Part shown: piece by piece, positions 28,462 to 39,294 of the stretch
How the letters are laid out: each line of letters begins with the position of its first letter
Numbering within the stretch: the stretch's first letter is position 1
Assembly: GCA_043816345.1 (NCBI GenBank)
Contig: JBDRIA010000013.1
Coordinates: 1 to 59,730 of the forward strand
Origin: Chloroflexota bacterium
GTDB taxonomy: Bacteria > Chloroflexota > Dehalococcoidia > Lucifugimonadales > UBA2985
DNA: 59,730 nucleotides
Direction of reading: 5' to 3'
Notes under the pieces: model-generated
Databases searched by the model: none
What the model was told of the DNA's origin: nothing
The model's input: the letters and a program-made list of their open reading frames with translations, nothing else
Made by a program: the position numbers and the translations under genes

Positions 28462-28844
28462 GATGCGTGCTTCCTGGGAGCAAGGTATTTACCCGACGAT
28501 TCAGATCTGGGCTCGACTGTACTATCCCGCCGAGCTGGCCTTCAGGCAGTCCTTCCACCCGTACAGGCTGTTGTCACCCTGCTATCAGAAACCACCTTGG
28601 AGAGATTATGAATAATGCCGGTGGAAGCAGTCAAGTTTCTAGTGGAGGCAGCCGGGCGAACGAGCGGTCTCCTCTCTTGAATACTACGCAGATTATCTGG
28701 GGAATACTAGGCAGATTTCCTGGCGCCACGTAACGAGGGAGATGTGGCTGAGGTACAGTAGTATGCACCAGGATGGAGAGGGTGCTACCTTCCAGCTTGT
28801 GTTTATGATATATTTGAATAAACTATGTACGAATGTGAGGAGCT

Positions 28845-29339
28845 ATGTTCGCCCTGGGTGTATTGACCAGCAGCGACATGGGTGCGGCGGGCCAACGAGA
28901 GGATATCGGCGGTCAGACTATCAAGGACATATTCCTTGCGCGGGGCTTCTCTCTCTCGCGCTACGAGATTGTGCCCGACGAGGCGGAGATTATCTCCGCC
29001 AAGCTCAAAGAGTGGGCCGACAGCGGGGAGGTGGACTTGCTGATAACCACCGGTGGCACAGGCATGGGCCCCCGAGATGTCACTCCCGAGGCTACCCAAG
29101 CGGTTATCCAGCGACCCGTTCCAGGAATCTCCGAGGCCATGCGTCAGGGGGGGCTTCGCCATACTCCTCTGGCAATGCTTGGTAGAGGCACCTCCGGCAT
29201 ACGGGGGAGATGTCTCATAATCAACACGCCTGGGAGCCCCAGAGCGATCAAGGAGGGCCTGGAGACCGTCCTTGAGGCGATCTCCCATGCCCTGGAAACC
29301 CTGACGAAGGACAGGGTAGAGGTGCACCCACCTCACTAG
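28845..29339 (+). CDS. MogA/MoaB-family molybdopterin adenylyltransferase-like protein
   Basis: LLITTGGTGMGPRDVTPEAT motif and typical length. Confidence 0.85.
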   Translation: MFALGVLTSSDMGAAGQREDIGGQTIKDIFLARGFSLSRYEIVPDEAEIISAKLKEWADSGEVDLLITTGGTGMGPRDVTPEATQAVIQRPVPGISEAMRQGGLRHTPLAMLGRGTSGIRGRCLIINTPGSPRAIKEGLETVLEAISHALETLTKDRVEVHPPH

Positions 29340-29496
29340 CTCCAGCGACGCGAAGAGGGGGTATGGTGGAGCTTTGCCGGTGGTTGTGAGCCTTGATGTC
29401 AGGGTGCGAGGAGTCTCGGGTCTTTAGTTGGGCTCAGGACGGCATGGGGCCAACACCCTGACGGAGCACCACCAAGCACGCTCTTAGAGTTCTGTC

Positions 29497-30249
29497 ATGG
29501 ACATTCACATCCTCACCCTCTTTCCCGGAATGTTTCGAGGCCCTTTCGAGGAGAGTATTGTCAGGCGGGCCGTCGAGCGTGATCTGGTGAGGATTCACTT
29601 CTACAATATTCGGGACTACGCCCGGGACAAACACCGGGTGGTGGATGACTACCCCTTCGGCGGTGGAGGCGGCATGGTGCTGAAGCCTGAGCCCCTGTTC
29701 CTGGGTGTGGAAGATGTGAGGTCGCGCATAGCGGAGAGCAGCGGGCCTCAGCTTGCGAAAGAGGCTCCGGTTGTCCTTCTCTCTCCTCAGGGAGAAGTCC
29801 TTACCCAGGAGATAGTCAGGGATCTGACCCTCCACCGTAACCTCATTCTCATCTGTGGCCACTATGAGGGTGTGGACGAGCGGGTAAGGGAGCACCTGAT
29901 AGACCGGGAGATAAGCATAGGCGACTACGTGCTGAGCGGCGGGGAGATTCCGGCCATGGTAATCGTAGATGCGCTGGTGCGTCTGATACCCGGGGCGGTA
30001 GGAGATACCGAGTCTCTGGAAGACGACAGCCATTCCAGCGGGCTGATCCAGTTTCCCCAGTACACCCGCCCCGCCGATTATCGAGGCTGGCCGGTTCCGG
30101 CGGTGCTGCTATCGGGGAATCACCAGGAGGTCCAGCGATGGCGGCGTCAGCAATCCCTTCGGCGCACCCTGCGCCGCCGCCCCGATCTCCTGGCCAGGGC
30201 ATCCCTGAGCCCGGAGGAGCGTCTCTTATTAGAGAACTCTGAAGACTAG
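29497..30249 (+). CDS. trmD: tRNA (guanine37-N1)-methyltransferase
   Basis: Full-length TrmD with [12 protein letters not shown] and GDYVLSGGE motifs. Confidence 0.95.
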   Translation: MDIHILTLFPGMFRGPFEESIVRRAVERDLVRIHFYNIRDYARDKHRVVDDYPFGGGGGMVLKPEPLFLGVEDVRSRIAESSGPQLAKEAPVVLLSPQGEVLTQEIVRDLTLHRNLILICGHYEGVDERVREHLIDREISIGDYVLSGGEIPAMVIVDALVRLIPGAVGDTESLEDDSHSSGLIQFPQYTRPADYRGWPVPAVLLSGNHQEVQRWRRQQSLRRTLRRRPDLLARASLSPEERLLLENSED

Positions 30250-30550
30250 CATGGGAAGGATGCTAGCGAAGCATCCACTGTAGCAGGCTCTCCACAGCCA
30301 TGCTCTATTCCCTGGGTACGTCATCGAACTCGGGGCCATCCCATAGGCCGTATCTGAGCAGCTTGAGTCATAGCCGTCGCTGTGCTCGTTGGAGGCCACA
30401 GTTATCTGCCAGGTGGCTTTTCTGCTCTCGTATTTCTCAGTCCCATTCAAAATTACTCCAAAATTCCTCTGAGGGGGTATTGCTTTTGGGTATTGACAGT
30501 GCTATTGTAGGTGGTGATAGGTGTAAACAGGATGATTTAGGGGAGTTAAG

Positions 30551-30997
30551 GTGCAAGTTGGCCCTCTGTCCTTCTTCGGAGAACAGGAACATCGGGTGGA
30601 CCCGCAGGGTCGGATATCCTTACCGGCTCGCTTCAGGGACGCCTTCAAGGGAGGCATCGTCCTCACCCGGGGATATGACCGTTGCATCGCTGCCTATACT
30701 CCTGTCCACTGGGAGACCTTTGCCAGCCAGGTTGCCACTCTGGCCCTCAACAGGGCAAAGAATCGGAGAATGCGTCGCATGAGCTTCTCATCCGCCTATC
30801 AACTGGAGATCGACCGGCAGGGTAGGGTGCTTTTGCCCGCCTCCTTGAGGCAGTACGCCCAGATAGGCGAAGAGGTAGTCATTGCTGGGATGGGAGACTT
30901 CCTGGAGATATGGGACAAAGAGGCGTGGCTCCAGGAGAGCGCATTGCTGGATGAGGAAGCATCGCTCATCGCTGAGACTTCGGAGGAGCACCCGTGA
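30551..30997 (+). CDS. mraZ: Transcriptional regulator MraZ
   Basis: Two SpoVT/AbrB-like halves (DPQGRISLPARFR and DRQGRVLLPASLR). GTG start. Precedes rsmH. Confidence 0.9.
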   Translation: MQVGPLSFFGEQEHRVDPQGRISLPARFRDAFKGGIVLTRGYDRCIAAYTPVHWETFASQVATLALNRAKNRRMRRMSFSSAYQLEIDRQGRVLLPASLRQYAQIGEEVVIAGMGDFLEIWDKEAWLQESALLDEEASLIAETSEEHP

Positions 30998-31884
30998 GTG
31001 TTATCGTCATGGCATACCATGTCCCGGTGCTCACACAGCAGGTGGTGGAAGGCCTTCAGGTGAAGGCTGGTGGTAGCTACATTGATTGTACCGTTGGAGA
31101 AGGAGGCCACTCCAGGGCTATCCTGGAGACGCTCTCTCCTGGGGGCCGGCTCCTGGGAATAGACCTGGACCCCCAGGCCCTGGAGACGGCGGAGGAGCAG
31201 TTGCGGACTTTTCGTGAGATCTGCACCCTGACCAATGACAATTTCAGAGACCTTGGAAGGATCGCTAGGGACCAGGGGTTCTATCCCGTAGATGGCATTC
31301 TCTTCGACCTGGGTCTATCTTCTCTGCAACTGGAAGGGGAGGGGAAGGGCTTTAGCTTCCGAGCGGAGGACCCCCTGGATATGCGTTTTGATCCCCGGCA
31401 GGAGGTCACGGCCTGGGAGGTGGTCAATCGCTACTCGCAGGGGGACCTGACTCGAATCATAGGTATCTATGGTGAAGAGCACAGAGCAGGCCGCATCGCC
31501 AGGGAGATAGCGGAGAACCGTCCCATTGATACGTCTCTACAGTTGGCCCAGGTGGTGGCGAGGGCCGTCAGTCGCCCGTGGGGCCGCATTCATCCTGCCA
31601 CGCGTACTTTCCAGGCTATCCGTATGGAGGTGAACCGCGAGTTGGAGAATCTGGAATTAGCCCTGAGGCAAGCGATTTCTCTTCTGGTCCATGGTGGCAG
31701 GGTAGTGGTCATCAGCTATCACTCCCTTGAGGACCGCCTGGTCAAGAACATTTTCAGGCAGGAGAGCAGGGAGGCAAAAACCATACAGTTGGTAACCAAG
31801 AAGGTCATTTCCCCCTCCCATGAGGAGGTCAGGACAAATCGTAGGAGTCGAAGCGCCCGAATGAGGGTTGCGGAGCGTATTTAG
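30994..31884 (+). CDS. rsmH: 16S rRNA (cytosine1402-N4)-methyltransferase
   Basis: HVPVL, DCTVGEGGHS, DLGLSS and SYHSLEDR motifs. 4-nt overlap with mraZ. Confidence 0.95.
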   Translation: MSVIVMAYHVPVLTQQVVEGLQVKAGGSYIDCTVGEGGHSRAILETLSPGGRLLGIDLDPQALETAEEQLRTFREICTLTNDNFRDLGRIARDQGFYPVDGILFDLGLSSLQLEGEGKGFSFRAEDPLDMRFDPRQEVTAWEVVNRYSQGDLTRIIGIYGEEHRAGRIAREIAENRPIDTSLQLAQVVARAVSRPWGRIHPATRTFQAIRMEVNRELENLELALRQAISLLVHGGRVVVISYHSLEDRLVKNIFRQESREAKTIQLVTKKVISPSHEEVRTNRRSRSARMRVAERI

Positions 31885-32076
31885 AAGGGTAACCCCTTCT
31901 TACAGATCCTGGAACTGGTCTGGGGGTAAGGTCGCTGTGGAACGAATTACACGGTCTGATAGGGCAGGATGCCAAGTAGCGAGATCTTTGCGATTGAACC
32001 CTCTCTCTCCCTTGCGGCCTTCCCCCAGTACCAGAGGATTCTCTTTTGGACAGGAACCCAAAGGAGGTAGTGAGCA

Positions 32077-33342
32077 ATGAGAAGCGAAACGTACCATGTG
32101 GCTATAGATGTGGGAACATCCAAGGTCTGTACTCTGGTCGGGCGCTCAGATGTGGCCGGAGAGATGCAAGTCATAGGTGCTGGCACTGTTCCTTCCCGGG
32201 GCATGAAGAAGGGCATGGTAAGCAACCTCTCGGAGGTACAGCAGGTAATTCAATCCTCGCTGCGAGAGGCCGAGGCTCAGGCGGGGGTAAAAATAACCTC
32301 TGCCTATGTAGGCATCACAGGAAGCCATATCAACTACATGAACTCCCGGGCCTCTCTGGGTAACCGACGACACAATAGTCCCATTGGTTCCGGCGATGTG
32401 GCGCGGGTGGTCCAGGCTTGCTATGCCGACCGCACTGCTCCGGGCGACAGAGTCCTTCACGTGATTCCCCGTGATTACTCCGTCGATGGCAATTGGGGGG
32501 TACATGACCCCAGGGGCATGTATGCATCCACTGTGGAGGTAGAAAGCCACGTGGTTATGGCGGATCCAACATCTGTGGACAACCTGGTAGAGGCACTGCG
32601 CAGAGCCAGGGTCAAGGTAAGGGGTCTTGTGTTGGAGCCTCTGGCCAGTGCAGAAGCCATCCTCTCGGAAGATGAACGGGACATAGGGGTGGTTCTGGTG
32701 GACATTGGTGGAGGAACCAGTGACATCTCCATATTCCTGGAAGGGAGCATATGGCACACGAATGTCATTCCGGTGGGGGGCTTTCAGCTTACCCGAGATA
32801 TTTCCATCGCCTTTACTACCTTCTCTTTGGCTGCCGAAGAAGCAAAACTTAAGTACGGCCATGCCATTCCCGCTGCCGTGGATGCCCAGGAGGATTTACG
32901 GTTGCCGGGTTTCGGGAATCAGGCTTTCTCTCAGGTCTCCCGACAGAGTCTGTGCGAGGTGATTCACGATCGCGTGGATGAGCTGCTGCGCCTCATCCTT
33001 AGAGAGGTGGATAATGCTGGTCTGGATAGTGCGCCCCCAGGGGGCTTGGTATTGACCGGGGGGTCGTCCAAGCTATCGGGCATGGAGGAGTTGGCCAGCA
33101 GTATATGGCCGGGGCCGGTGAGAATCGGAGTGCCAACGGCATCGGTATGGGTGCCTCGAGACCTGGAAGACCCTGCCTTCGCTACTGCTCTGGGCCTTCT
33201 CTTCTGGGATGCAAGACATTGCCGTATGGACGGGAATGGAGTCTACGGTAATGGTGTTTCCAAGTACAGCTTCCTCGTGAAGCACTGGCTGAGCAATTTT
33301 GGACACAGGGTTCATGCACTAGCAAAGGAGGTGTCGTCGTGA
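32077..33342 (+). CDS. ftsA: Cell division protein FtsA
   Basis: Actin-fold motifs AIDVGTSKV and VDIGGGTSD. Directly precedes ftsZ with a 4-nt overlap. Confidence 0.9.
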   Translation: MRSETYHVAIDVGTSKVCTLVGRSDVAGEMQVIGAGTVPSRGMKKGMVSNLSEVQQVIQSSLREAEAQAGVKITSAYVGITGSHINYMNSRASLGNRRHNSPIGSGDVARVVQACYADRTAPGDRVLHVIPRDYSVDGNWGVHDPRGMYASTVEVESHVVMADPTSVDNLVEALRRARVKVRGLVLEPLASAEAILSEDERDIGVVLVDIGGGTSDISIFLEGSIWHTNVIPVGGFQLTRDISIAFTTFSLAAEEAKLKYGHAIPAAVDAQEDLRLPGFGNQAFSQVSRQSLCEVIHDRVDELLRLILREVDNAGLDSAPPGGLVLTGGSSKLSGMEELASSIWPGPVRIGVPTASVWVPRDLEDPAFATALGLLFWDARHCRMDGNGVYGNGVSKYSFLVKHWLSNFGHRVHALAKEVSS

Positions 33343-34424
33343 CTAGTAAGTCCTATGAAAACGATGGTGTAGCCAGGATCAAGGTGGTTGGCGTGGGTGG
33401 AGGAGGGTGCAACGCCGTCTCCCGGATGTTTCGGGAGCGGGTCCAGGGGGTGGAGTACCTGGGTGTGAACACCGACGCTCAGGCTCTGATGCGTTGTGAG
33501 GTGCCCCTGAGAATCCGCATGGGTGAGAAGCTCACCCGGGGCCTTGGCGTTGGAGGAGACCCGGAGAAGGGTAAGGATTCCGCAGAAGAGAGCAGGGAGG
33601 AGATACTCGAGGCGCTGAAGGGCTCGGATATGGTGTTCATCGCCGCGGGCATGGGGGGTGGTACCGGGACGGGGGCAGCGCCGATAGTGGCGGAGATAGC
33701 CAAAGAGACGGAGGCCCTCACCATCGCCGTGGTCACCAAGCCTTTTGGCTTTGAGGGCAGTCGGCGGCGCAAGCTTGCCGAAGAGGGCATTGCCCGCCTG
33801 AAGGACAAGGTGGATACCCTTATCATCATCCCTAACGATCGTCTATTTGCCGTTTGCGACGAGAAGGTGACCATGGAGAATGCCTTCCGGATGGCCGATG
33901 ATGTGCTGAGGCAAGGGGTACAATCTATCGCCGAGCTCGTGACGGTGCCCGGGGAAATAAACCTGGACTTTGCCGACGTTAGGACGGTGATGAGCAACGC
34001 CGGTCCGGCCTGGATGGCTATTGGTCGCGGTACGGGTGAAAACAAGGCAGTTGATGCTGCTAGAGCCGCGGTGACCAGTTCACTTCTGGATGTATCCATA
34101 GATGGGGCCAAGGGCATTCTATTCAACATAACGGGAGGCACAGACCTCTCCCTGATGGAGGTCCAGGCTGCTGCCGATGTCATTCGCGCTGCGGCAGACC
34201 CTGATGCCAATATCTTCTTCGGCATGGTCACAGACCTGAAGATGGAAGATGAAGTGAAGATAACCATCATCGCCACGGGGTTCTCCTCAGAGGGTTCTTT
34301 TGTCCCCAAGGATGAGCATATCTCCCAACTCATAATGGAGGCCATTCACGACGAGTCTGAGTTGGACATACCCCCATTCCTCAGGAGGCAGCACAACTCC
34401 AGAAGGAGAGTCGGGGCTTATTAG
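33339..34424 (+). CDS. ftsZ: Cell division protein FtsZ (canonical, with C-terminal peptide)
   Basis: [19 protein letters not shown], a linker, then the DIPPFLRRQ tail. Confidence 0.95.
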   Translation: MTSKSYENDGVARIKVVGVGGGGCNAVSRMFRERVQGVEYLGVNTDAQALMRCEVPLRIRMGEKLTRGLGVGGDPEKGKDSAEESREEILEALKGSDMVFIAAGMGGGTGTGAAPIVAEIAKETEALTIAVVTKPFGFEGSRRRKLAEEGIARLKDKVDTLIIIPNDRLFAVCDEKVTMENAFRMADDVLRQGVQSIAELVTVPGEINLDFADVRTVMSNAGPAWMAIGRGTGENKAVDAARAAVTSSLLDVSIDGAKGILFNITGGTDLSLMEVQAAADVIRAAADPDANIFFGMVTDLKMEDEVKITIIATGFSSEGSFVPKDEHISQLIMEAIHDESELDIPPFLRRQHNSRRRVGAY

Positions 34425-34465
34425 GGGATCTTTCTAGAAGCCGCGTCAGCGGTGATTCAGCAATC

Positions 34466-34505
34466 CATGCGAAAGCCGCCTACCACTTGGGGCGGCTTTC
34501 GCATG
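34466..34505. terminator. Perfect 15-bp-stem hairpin downstream of ftsZ (no U-tract)
   Basis: CATGCGAAAGCCGCC-10 nt-GGCGGCTTTCGCATG. Confidence 0.4.
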
Positions 34506-34613
34506 TCCTGACCGACTAGAGCAGAGTAAGTTACCATTACATCGCAGTAGTAGCTCTTTGCCTTTTGCCGAAGGTGACGTAGAATAGGACTGATTCTTAG
34601 CCAAGGAAGATAA

Positions 34614-36473
34614 ATGCGCAGATTCCCAATAAGACGGTTCCTCTTCATCTCTGTCATCGTGGCCCTGGCAGGGGCCTCTCTTGCCTTTCAGGAGATTAAC
34701 ATATCCCTGGGGGGGCTTAACTTGGAACGAGGCGGAGATACCATTTTGGGCCTGCAGCTAGGCCTGGACCTGGAAGGTGGAAGCCATCTGGTGTACGAGG
34801 CCCAGCCTGCTGAGGGCCAGTTACCCACCTCCGATCAGATGGATGGAGTTATCAAGACCATTGAGCGGCGGGTCAACTCCTTTGGGGTTGCCGAGCCTAT
34901 CATTCAGAGGTTGGGTGGGGATCGCATCCTGGTGCAGTTGCCTGGGGTTGGCACAACCAAGGCCAGGGTGAATTTCCAGGAGGATGTTCAGACTGATGCC
35001 CTTCGCTCTATCCTGGCATCTGCGGGGCGATCTGATGCCGCCATTGAAAAGGAGGATAGTCGAACCTTTGTCATCGAACTGCCGTCCCTGCAGCCGGCTG
35101 ATCTGGACGATGATGGGAATGTCATCCAGGCTGCGGAGAGGGATGTTATTGAACAAGCGCTCCGGGAGGCATTCCCTTTCGCCACTATGAACCTCGAGTT
35201 CTCGGAACCCGTGGAAACCGAGGTCATCCGCTCTGCAATGGTGGGATTGGACCGCGAGGACACGGCTGTAAATAAGCTAACGGAGAGCATCTTCACAATA
35301 GAGTTCCCTGAATTGAAGACCGAAGAAAAAGACGCTATTCTGGAAGCCTTCCAGGAGCAGTTGCCTCCTATAGACTCTTATAACTTCCAGGAGATGTCTT
35401 TCGTTGTCACGGGTGGAGTGGAGGAGGCCAAACGACTCATTGGGCAAACGGCCCAGTTGGAGCTCAAGGAGCGCATCTGCCTTAACGATCCAGAGGACAT
35501 CACACAGAGCTGCAAAGACCCTCAGTATCACGTGGACAACCCTTTGAATCTCACAGGCGATGACCTGGTGCGGGCCTATCCGGGCACGCATCCCACCCTG
35601 AACGTGCCCGTGGTCAACCTGGAGTTCGACAGTGAGGGCGCCAGGATCTTTGCTGAGCATACCCAGCGAATCGCCGGTACCAACAATCGCACGGCCTTTT
35701 TCCTGGATGATGAGTTGCTGATAGCTCCTATAGCATTGCAGGCCATCACCGGTGGGCGAGCCTTCATTCAAGGTCCGGATTTCACCATGGACCGAGTGCG
35801 CACCATTGCCATTCAGTTAGAGTCGGGACGACTTCAGGTCCCGCTTGCCCTTATCCAAGAGCAAGATGTGGACGCCACGCTTGGGAAGGACTCTCTCAAG
35901 AAGAGCGTTGTGGCAGGCTTGATTGGCCTGGGATTGGTGCTACTGTTCATGGCTCTCTATTACAGGTTGCCTGGCGTCATGGCGTGTATAGCTCTCATAA
36001 TCTACAGCGTGATCGTCCTGGCCATCCTCAAGCTGTGGCCCATTACCCTGACCCTGGGGGGCATCGCTGCCTTCATCCTGTCTATCGGTATGGCCGTAGA
36101 CGCCAACATCCTCATCTTCGAGCGGATGAAGGAAGAGTTGCGCAGCGGCCGCACCCTGATAGCCTCCATTGAGACGGGCTTCAACCGTGCCTGGCCCGCC
36201 ATTCGGGATAGCAATGTCTCCACCTTCATTACATGTGCTATCCTTTTCTGGTTTGGCTCTCGCCTGGGCACCGGGCTGGTCACGGGCTTTGCAGTTACCC
36301 TTTTCATTGGCGTGGCCGTGAGTATGTTCTCCGCCCTCACAGTGACGCGCACCCTTCTCCGAATCGTTGCCATCACCCCTTTGGGGCGGTACGTGTCCCT
36401 GTATTCGTATTCTCCCGTGGAGAAGAAGGAAGCTGCTTCCAGGCCTGGCCCAGCGCTGGGAGAGAGGAGATGA
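34614..36473 (+). CDS. secD: Protein translocase subunit SecD
   Basis: N-terminal TM, a large periplasmic domain, and a C-terminal six-TM block with GGIAAFILSIGMAVDANILIFER. Confidence 0.9.
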   Translation: MRRFPIRRFLFISVIVALAGASLAFQEINISLGGLNLERGGDTILGLQLGLDLEGGSHLVYEAQPAEGQLPTSDQMDGVIKTIERRVNSFGVAEPIIQRLGGDRILVQLPGVGTTKARVNFQEDVQTDALRSILASAGRSDAAIEKEDSRTFVIELPSLQPADLDDDGNVIQAAERDVIEQALREAFPFATMNLEFSEPVETEVIRSAMVGLDREDTAVNKLTESIFTIEFPELKTEEKDAILEAFQEQLPPIDSYNFQEMSFVVTGGVEEAKRLIGQTAQLELKERICLNDPEDITQSCKDPQYHVDNPLNLTGDDLVRAYPGTHPTLNVPVVNLEFDSEGARIFAEHTQRIAGTNNRTAFFLDDELLIAPIALQAITGGRAFIQGPDFTMDRVRTIAIQLESGRLQVPLALIQEQDVDATLGKDSLKKSVVAGLIGLGLVLLFMALYYRLPGVMACIALIIYSVIVLAILKLWPITLTLGGIAAFILSIGMAVDANILIFERMKEELRSGRTLIASIETGFNRAWPAIRDSNVSTFITCAILFWFGSRLGTGLVTGFAVTLFIGVAVSMFSALTVTRTLLRIVAITPLGRYVSLYSYSPVEKKEAASRPGPALGERR

Positions 36474-36479
36474 GGTAAA

Positions 36480-37424
36480 GTGGACTTTGTTGGAAAGCGC
36501 AACTGGTTCTTCCTCATCTCCGCCGCGGTGATGCTGGTGAGTATTGCCTCTCTTCTGATGCCCGATGGCCTTGACACCGGGCTGGAGTTCACGGGAGGGT
36601 CTTCCATGACCCTGGAGTTTCAGGAGAACGTGGCCCAGGAAACTCTGCGTTCTCAGCTTGCTGCTCTGGGCCATCCGGACGCCGTGATTCAGCGTTTGGG
36701 TGAGGGCAGCTTCTTCATCCGCACCCGCACTTTAGAGGAGTCCCAGGGTGATGAAGCCTCTGAGCGTGAGAGGATTGCGAGTGCCCTTGAAGCCAATCTG
36801 GAGTCTGGTGTTGAAATCTCGGATTTCTTCTCCGTTTCTCCCAGCATAGCATCGGAGACGGTGCGCAATGCCGTTGTTATCGTTATCATCGCCTCAGTAG
36901 CTATCCTCATATACATAACGTGGGCATTCCGTCGAGTGCCATCGCCTTTCAGATATGGAATATCGGCCATCGTTGCCCTAATTCACGATGTAGTGATAGT
37001 GCTGGGTGTTTTCTCCATCTTGGGACGGGTTTTCAATCTTGAGGTGAACGCTATGTTCATCGCTGGTATCCTGACCATCATTGGTTACAGCGTCCACGAC
37101 ACCATCGTAGTCTTCGACCGAATCCGGGAGAATCTTACCAGGGGCATTGGCCGGGACATGAGCACCACCATCAACATCAGCATTCAGGACACCATAGGGC
37201 GATCTCTCAATACCAGCCTTACCATGCTATTTGCCATCCTGGCCCTGCTGCTCTTCGGAGGACCCACCATCCGGGACTTCCTGATTGTGCTTCTCATTGG
37301 AATCACTGTGGGCACTTACAGCTCTATTTGGATTGCCAGCCAGGTCCTCCTGGTGTGGGAAACCGGAGATTTGGGCAAGCTTTTCCGGCGTCTGCCACTG
37401 CCATTCCTTTCCAGGAGCAGGTAG
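36480..37424 (+). CDS. secF: Protein translocase subunit SecF
   Basis: GLEFTGG start region and ..IGYSVHDTIVVFDRIREN.. motif. Follows secD. Confidence 0.9.
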   Translation: MDFVGKRNWFFLISAAVMLVSIASLLMPDGLDTGLEFTGGSSMTLEFQENVAQETLRSQLAALGHPDAVIQRLGEGSFFIRTRTLEESQGDEASERERIASALEANLESGVEISDFFSVSPSIASETVRNAVVIVIIASVAILIYITWAFRRVPSPFRYGISAIVALIHDVVIVLGVFSILGRVFNLEVNAMFIAGILTIIGYSVHDTIVVFDRIRENLTRGIGRDMSTTINISIQDTIGRSLNTSLTMLFAILALLLFGGPTIRDFLIVLLIGITVGTYSSIWIASQVLLVWETGDLGKLFRRLPLPFLSRSR

Positions 37425-37583
37425 CATCCACTCTTGTATGCTCACCACGAGCGGGCATCTGCCTCTGGGGTAGCTATCGAGAGGTTTAGCGATGAGGCGT
37501 CGTGGAAAGATCCTTCACGGTTTGAGGGTTCCTCACCCGAAGGGCTTCTTCCCGCATCCACTGGTAGGCCTCTACTGCTTCAT

Positions 37584-37781
37584 CTAAGGGGAAGCTCCGG
37601 GATATGATGGGACGTCGGGGTTATCCTCGTGCTTGTCAAAACCAGAGACTCTCGCGGGCTTCCTTTCATACTTGTCCTCCTCCGGATTCAAGGGCAGGGG
37701 CCTAATCTTTCTATGGTCAGCAGAGTTTCGAGACTCTGGCATATGGTCTCTACATTCCCAGGCATTCACCCCAGGTGTCAT
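37584..37781 (-). CDS. Small hypothetical protein translationally coupled to the RHH-LuxR regulator
   Basis: ATGA overlap with the stop of 37778..38197. 65 aa, charged, no recognisable domain. Confidence 0.35.
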   Translation of the reverse strand: MTPGVNAWECRDHMPESRNSADHRKIRPLPLNPEEDKYERKPARVSGFDKHEDNPDVPSYPGASP

Positions 37782-38197
37782 TCACTCGTGGGGCGGATGT
37801 GGCCCTGCCTTATTGCCAGGACAACGGCGTGGGTCCGGTCGGTCGCGGACAGCTTCCTGATGATGGAGGCCAGGTCCTTCTTGATTGTCTCCCGGCTCAC
37901 TCCCAGGGTATGGGCTATTCGCTGGTTGGCCTGGCCTTCGGCGATCTTGGAGAGTATTTCTGCCTCCCGAGGGCTGAGAGGCGGTCCCGCAACTTTGGTA
38001 CGCCCCATGTCCTGGCTTCCAGATGCCCGAGAAGATGTAGCGTCGCTGGGAGTCAGGAAAGGCGAGTGAGTGCCAGAGAGGGAGTCACGGATCAGAAGCC
38101 TTGCCAGGGTAGAGAGCGTGAGGCCGATTTCGGTGGCCCTGGAAGTCAGTTTCTCTACATCTTCTTCATCTAACCGAACCGAGAGTGTGCGTTTCAT
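37778..38197 (-). CDS. Fusion regulator: N-terminal ribbon-helix-helix (CopG-like) plus C-terminal LuxR/GerE HTH
   Basis: RTLSVRLDEEDVEKLTSRATEIGLTLSTLARLLI (RHH pattern), then LSPREAEILSKIAEGQANQRIAHTLGVSRETIKKDLASIIRKL (GerE HTH). Confidence 0.75.
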   Translation of the reverse strand: MKRTLSVRLDEEDVEKLTSRATEIGLTLSTLARLLIRDSLSGTHSPFLTPSDATSSRASGSQDMGRTKVAGPPLSPREAEILSKIAEGQANQRIAHTLGVSRETIKKDLASIIRKLSATDRTHAVVLAIRQGHIRPTSE

Positions 38198-38235
38198 GTG
38201 ATGTCCCTTGTGTATGTAATTCGTATTTCCGTCGA

Positions 38236-38271
38236 GGCTAATATTGTCATAATATTATGACAATATTAGCC
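38236..38271. promoter_or_regulatory. Perfect 36-bp palindrome, a likely operator in the divergent regulator/nfo intergenic region
   Basis: GGCTAATATTGTCATAAT|ATTATGACAATATTAGCC, 39 bp upstream of the regulator start. Confidence 0.7.
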
Positions 38272-38401
38272 ATATGTCAATCTGTGATGTACCCGAAAGT
38301 CCTATTACCCCTTTAACTCTCGCTCAGGCCCTTCGGTTAGATCCCTTCACGTACTATAATTAACCTCTGGCCAAGCATCTGTCACAATGTGAGGAGGCAT
38401 T

Positions 38402-39259
38402 ATGAAGGTAGGAGCTCACGTTTCCACCTCCGGCGGCTTGGACAAGGCAATCGACAGGGCGCAGGAAATGGGCGCCGAGACCATCCAGATATTCGCTTCT
38501 TCGCCCAGGGGTTGGGCCTTCAAACCAATTCCCCCTGCAGTGGCCTCGGCTTTTCGAGAAAAAGCCAAGAGCACTGGTATTAGCCCCACATTTCTTCATG
38601 GCATATACCTGGTAAATCTGGGCAGTCCCAGTGAGGAACAGCTGTCCAAGTCTGTGCAGACCCTCATCAACTACATGCGGGTGGCAGAGGAGATTGGGGC
38701 TGTCGGGGTCATCTTCCATGCGGGCAGTCACCTGGGAGCCGGCTTTTCGGGTGTATTTGACCAGGCTGTAGGTGCTCTTGAGCAGGTGTTGAGGGCATCT
38801 CCGGGTGCCGCCCGGCTTATCATTGAGAACAGCGCCGGCATGGGACAGCACATAGGGTCCAGCTTCCAGGAGATTGGACAGATGGTGAAGGCTGTGTCCA
38901 ACCCTCAGATGGGGGTATGTCTGGATACTCAACACCTTTTCGCTGCGGGGTTTGAGGTCACCGAGAAGGCAGGGCTGGAGCGGGTCATGGAGGAGTTCGA
39001 TCGGGAGGTTGGCTTATCCAACTTGGTGGTGGTCCATGCCAACGACAGCAAGACGCCTTTTGCCTCCGGAGTGGACCGCCACGAAAACATCGGCCAGGGA
39101 CATATGGGCCTGGAAGCCTTTCGCATCATCATGAGGCATCCCGCCTTCATGGATGTCCCATTCTTGCTGGAGGTCCCGGGTGAGGATGGCAAAGGGCCTG
39201 ACAAGGCTAACTTGGACGTGCTCAAGGGTCTGAGAGCAGAGGTGGGACTGACGGCATAG
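38402..39259 (+). CDS. nfo: Endonuclease IV
   Basis: TIM-barrel AP endonuclease motifs including VVHANDSK and HENIGQG. Confidence 0.9.
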   Translation: MKVGAHVSTSGGLDKAIDRAQEMGAETIQIFASSPRGWAFKPIPPAVASAFREKAKSTGISPTFLHGIYLVNLGSPSEEQLSKSVQTLINYMRVAEEIGAVGVIFHAGSHLGAGFSGVFDQAVGALEQVLRASPGAARLIIENSAGMGQHIGSSFQEIGQMVKAVSNPQMGVCLDTQHLFAAGFEVTEKAGLERVMEEFDREVGLSNLVVVHANDSKTPFASGVDRHENIGQGHMGLEAFRIIMRHPAFMDVPFLLEVPGEDGKGPDKANLDVLKGLRAEVGLTA

Positions 39260-39294
39260 CAGGGTCGAGTCGCCCAAGAAGAAGAGGAAGAGCC

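Noticed and set aside
28462-28844. Possible molybdenum-cofactor riboswitch upstream of the MogA/MoaB-like gene
   Set aside because: I saw only a vague CCGCCGAGC-like string. I could not reconstruct the conserved Moco-motif helices. The element would also be unusually far (about 300 nt) from the start. It needs cmsearch to revisit.
33479-34345. 288-aa minus-strand ORF
   Set aside because: It lies entirely antisense to canonical ftsZ and has a low-complexity Ser/Ala/Pro-rich translation.
35940-36674. 244-aa and 201-aa minus-strand ORFs
   Set aside because: They are antisense to secD/secF, and the sense-strand proteins are unambiguous.
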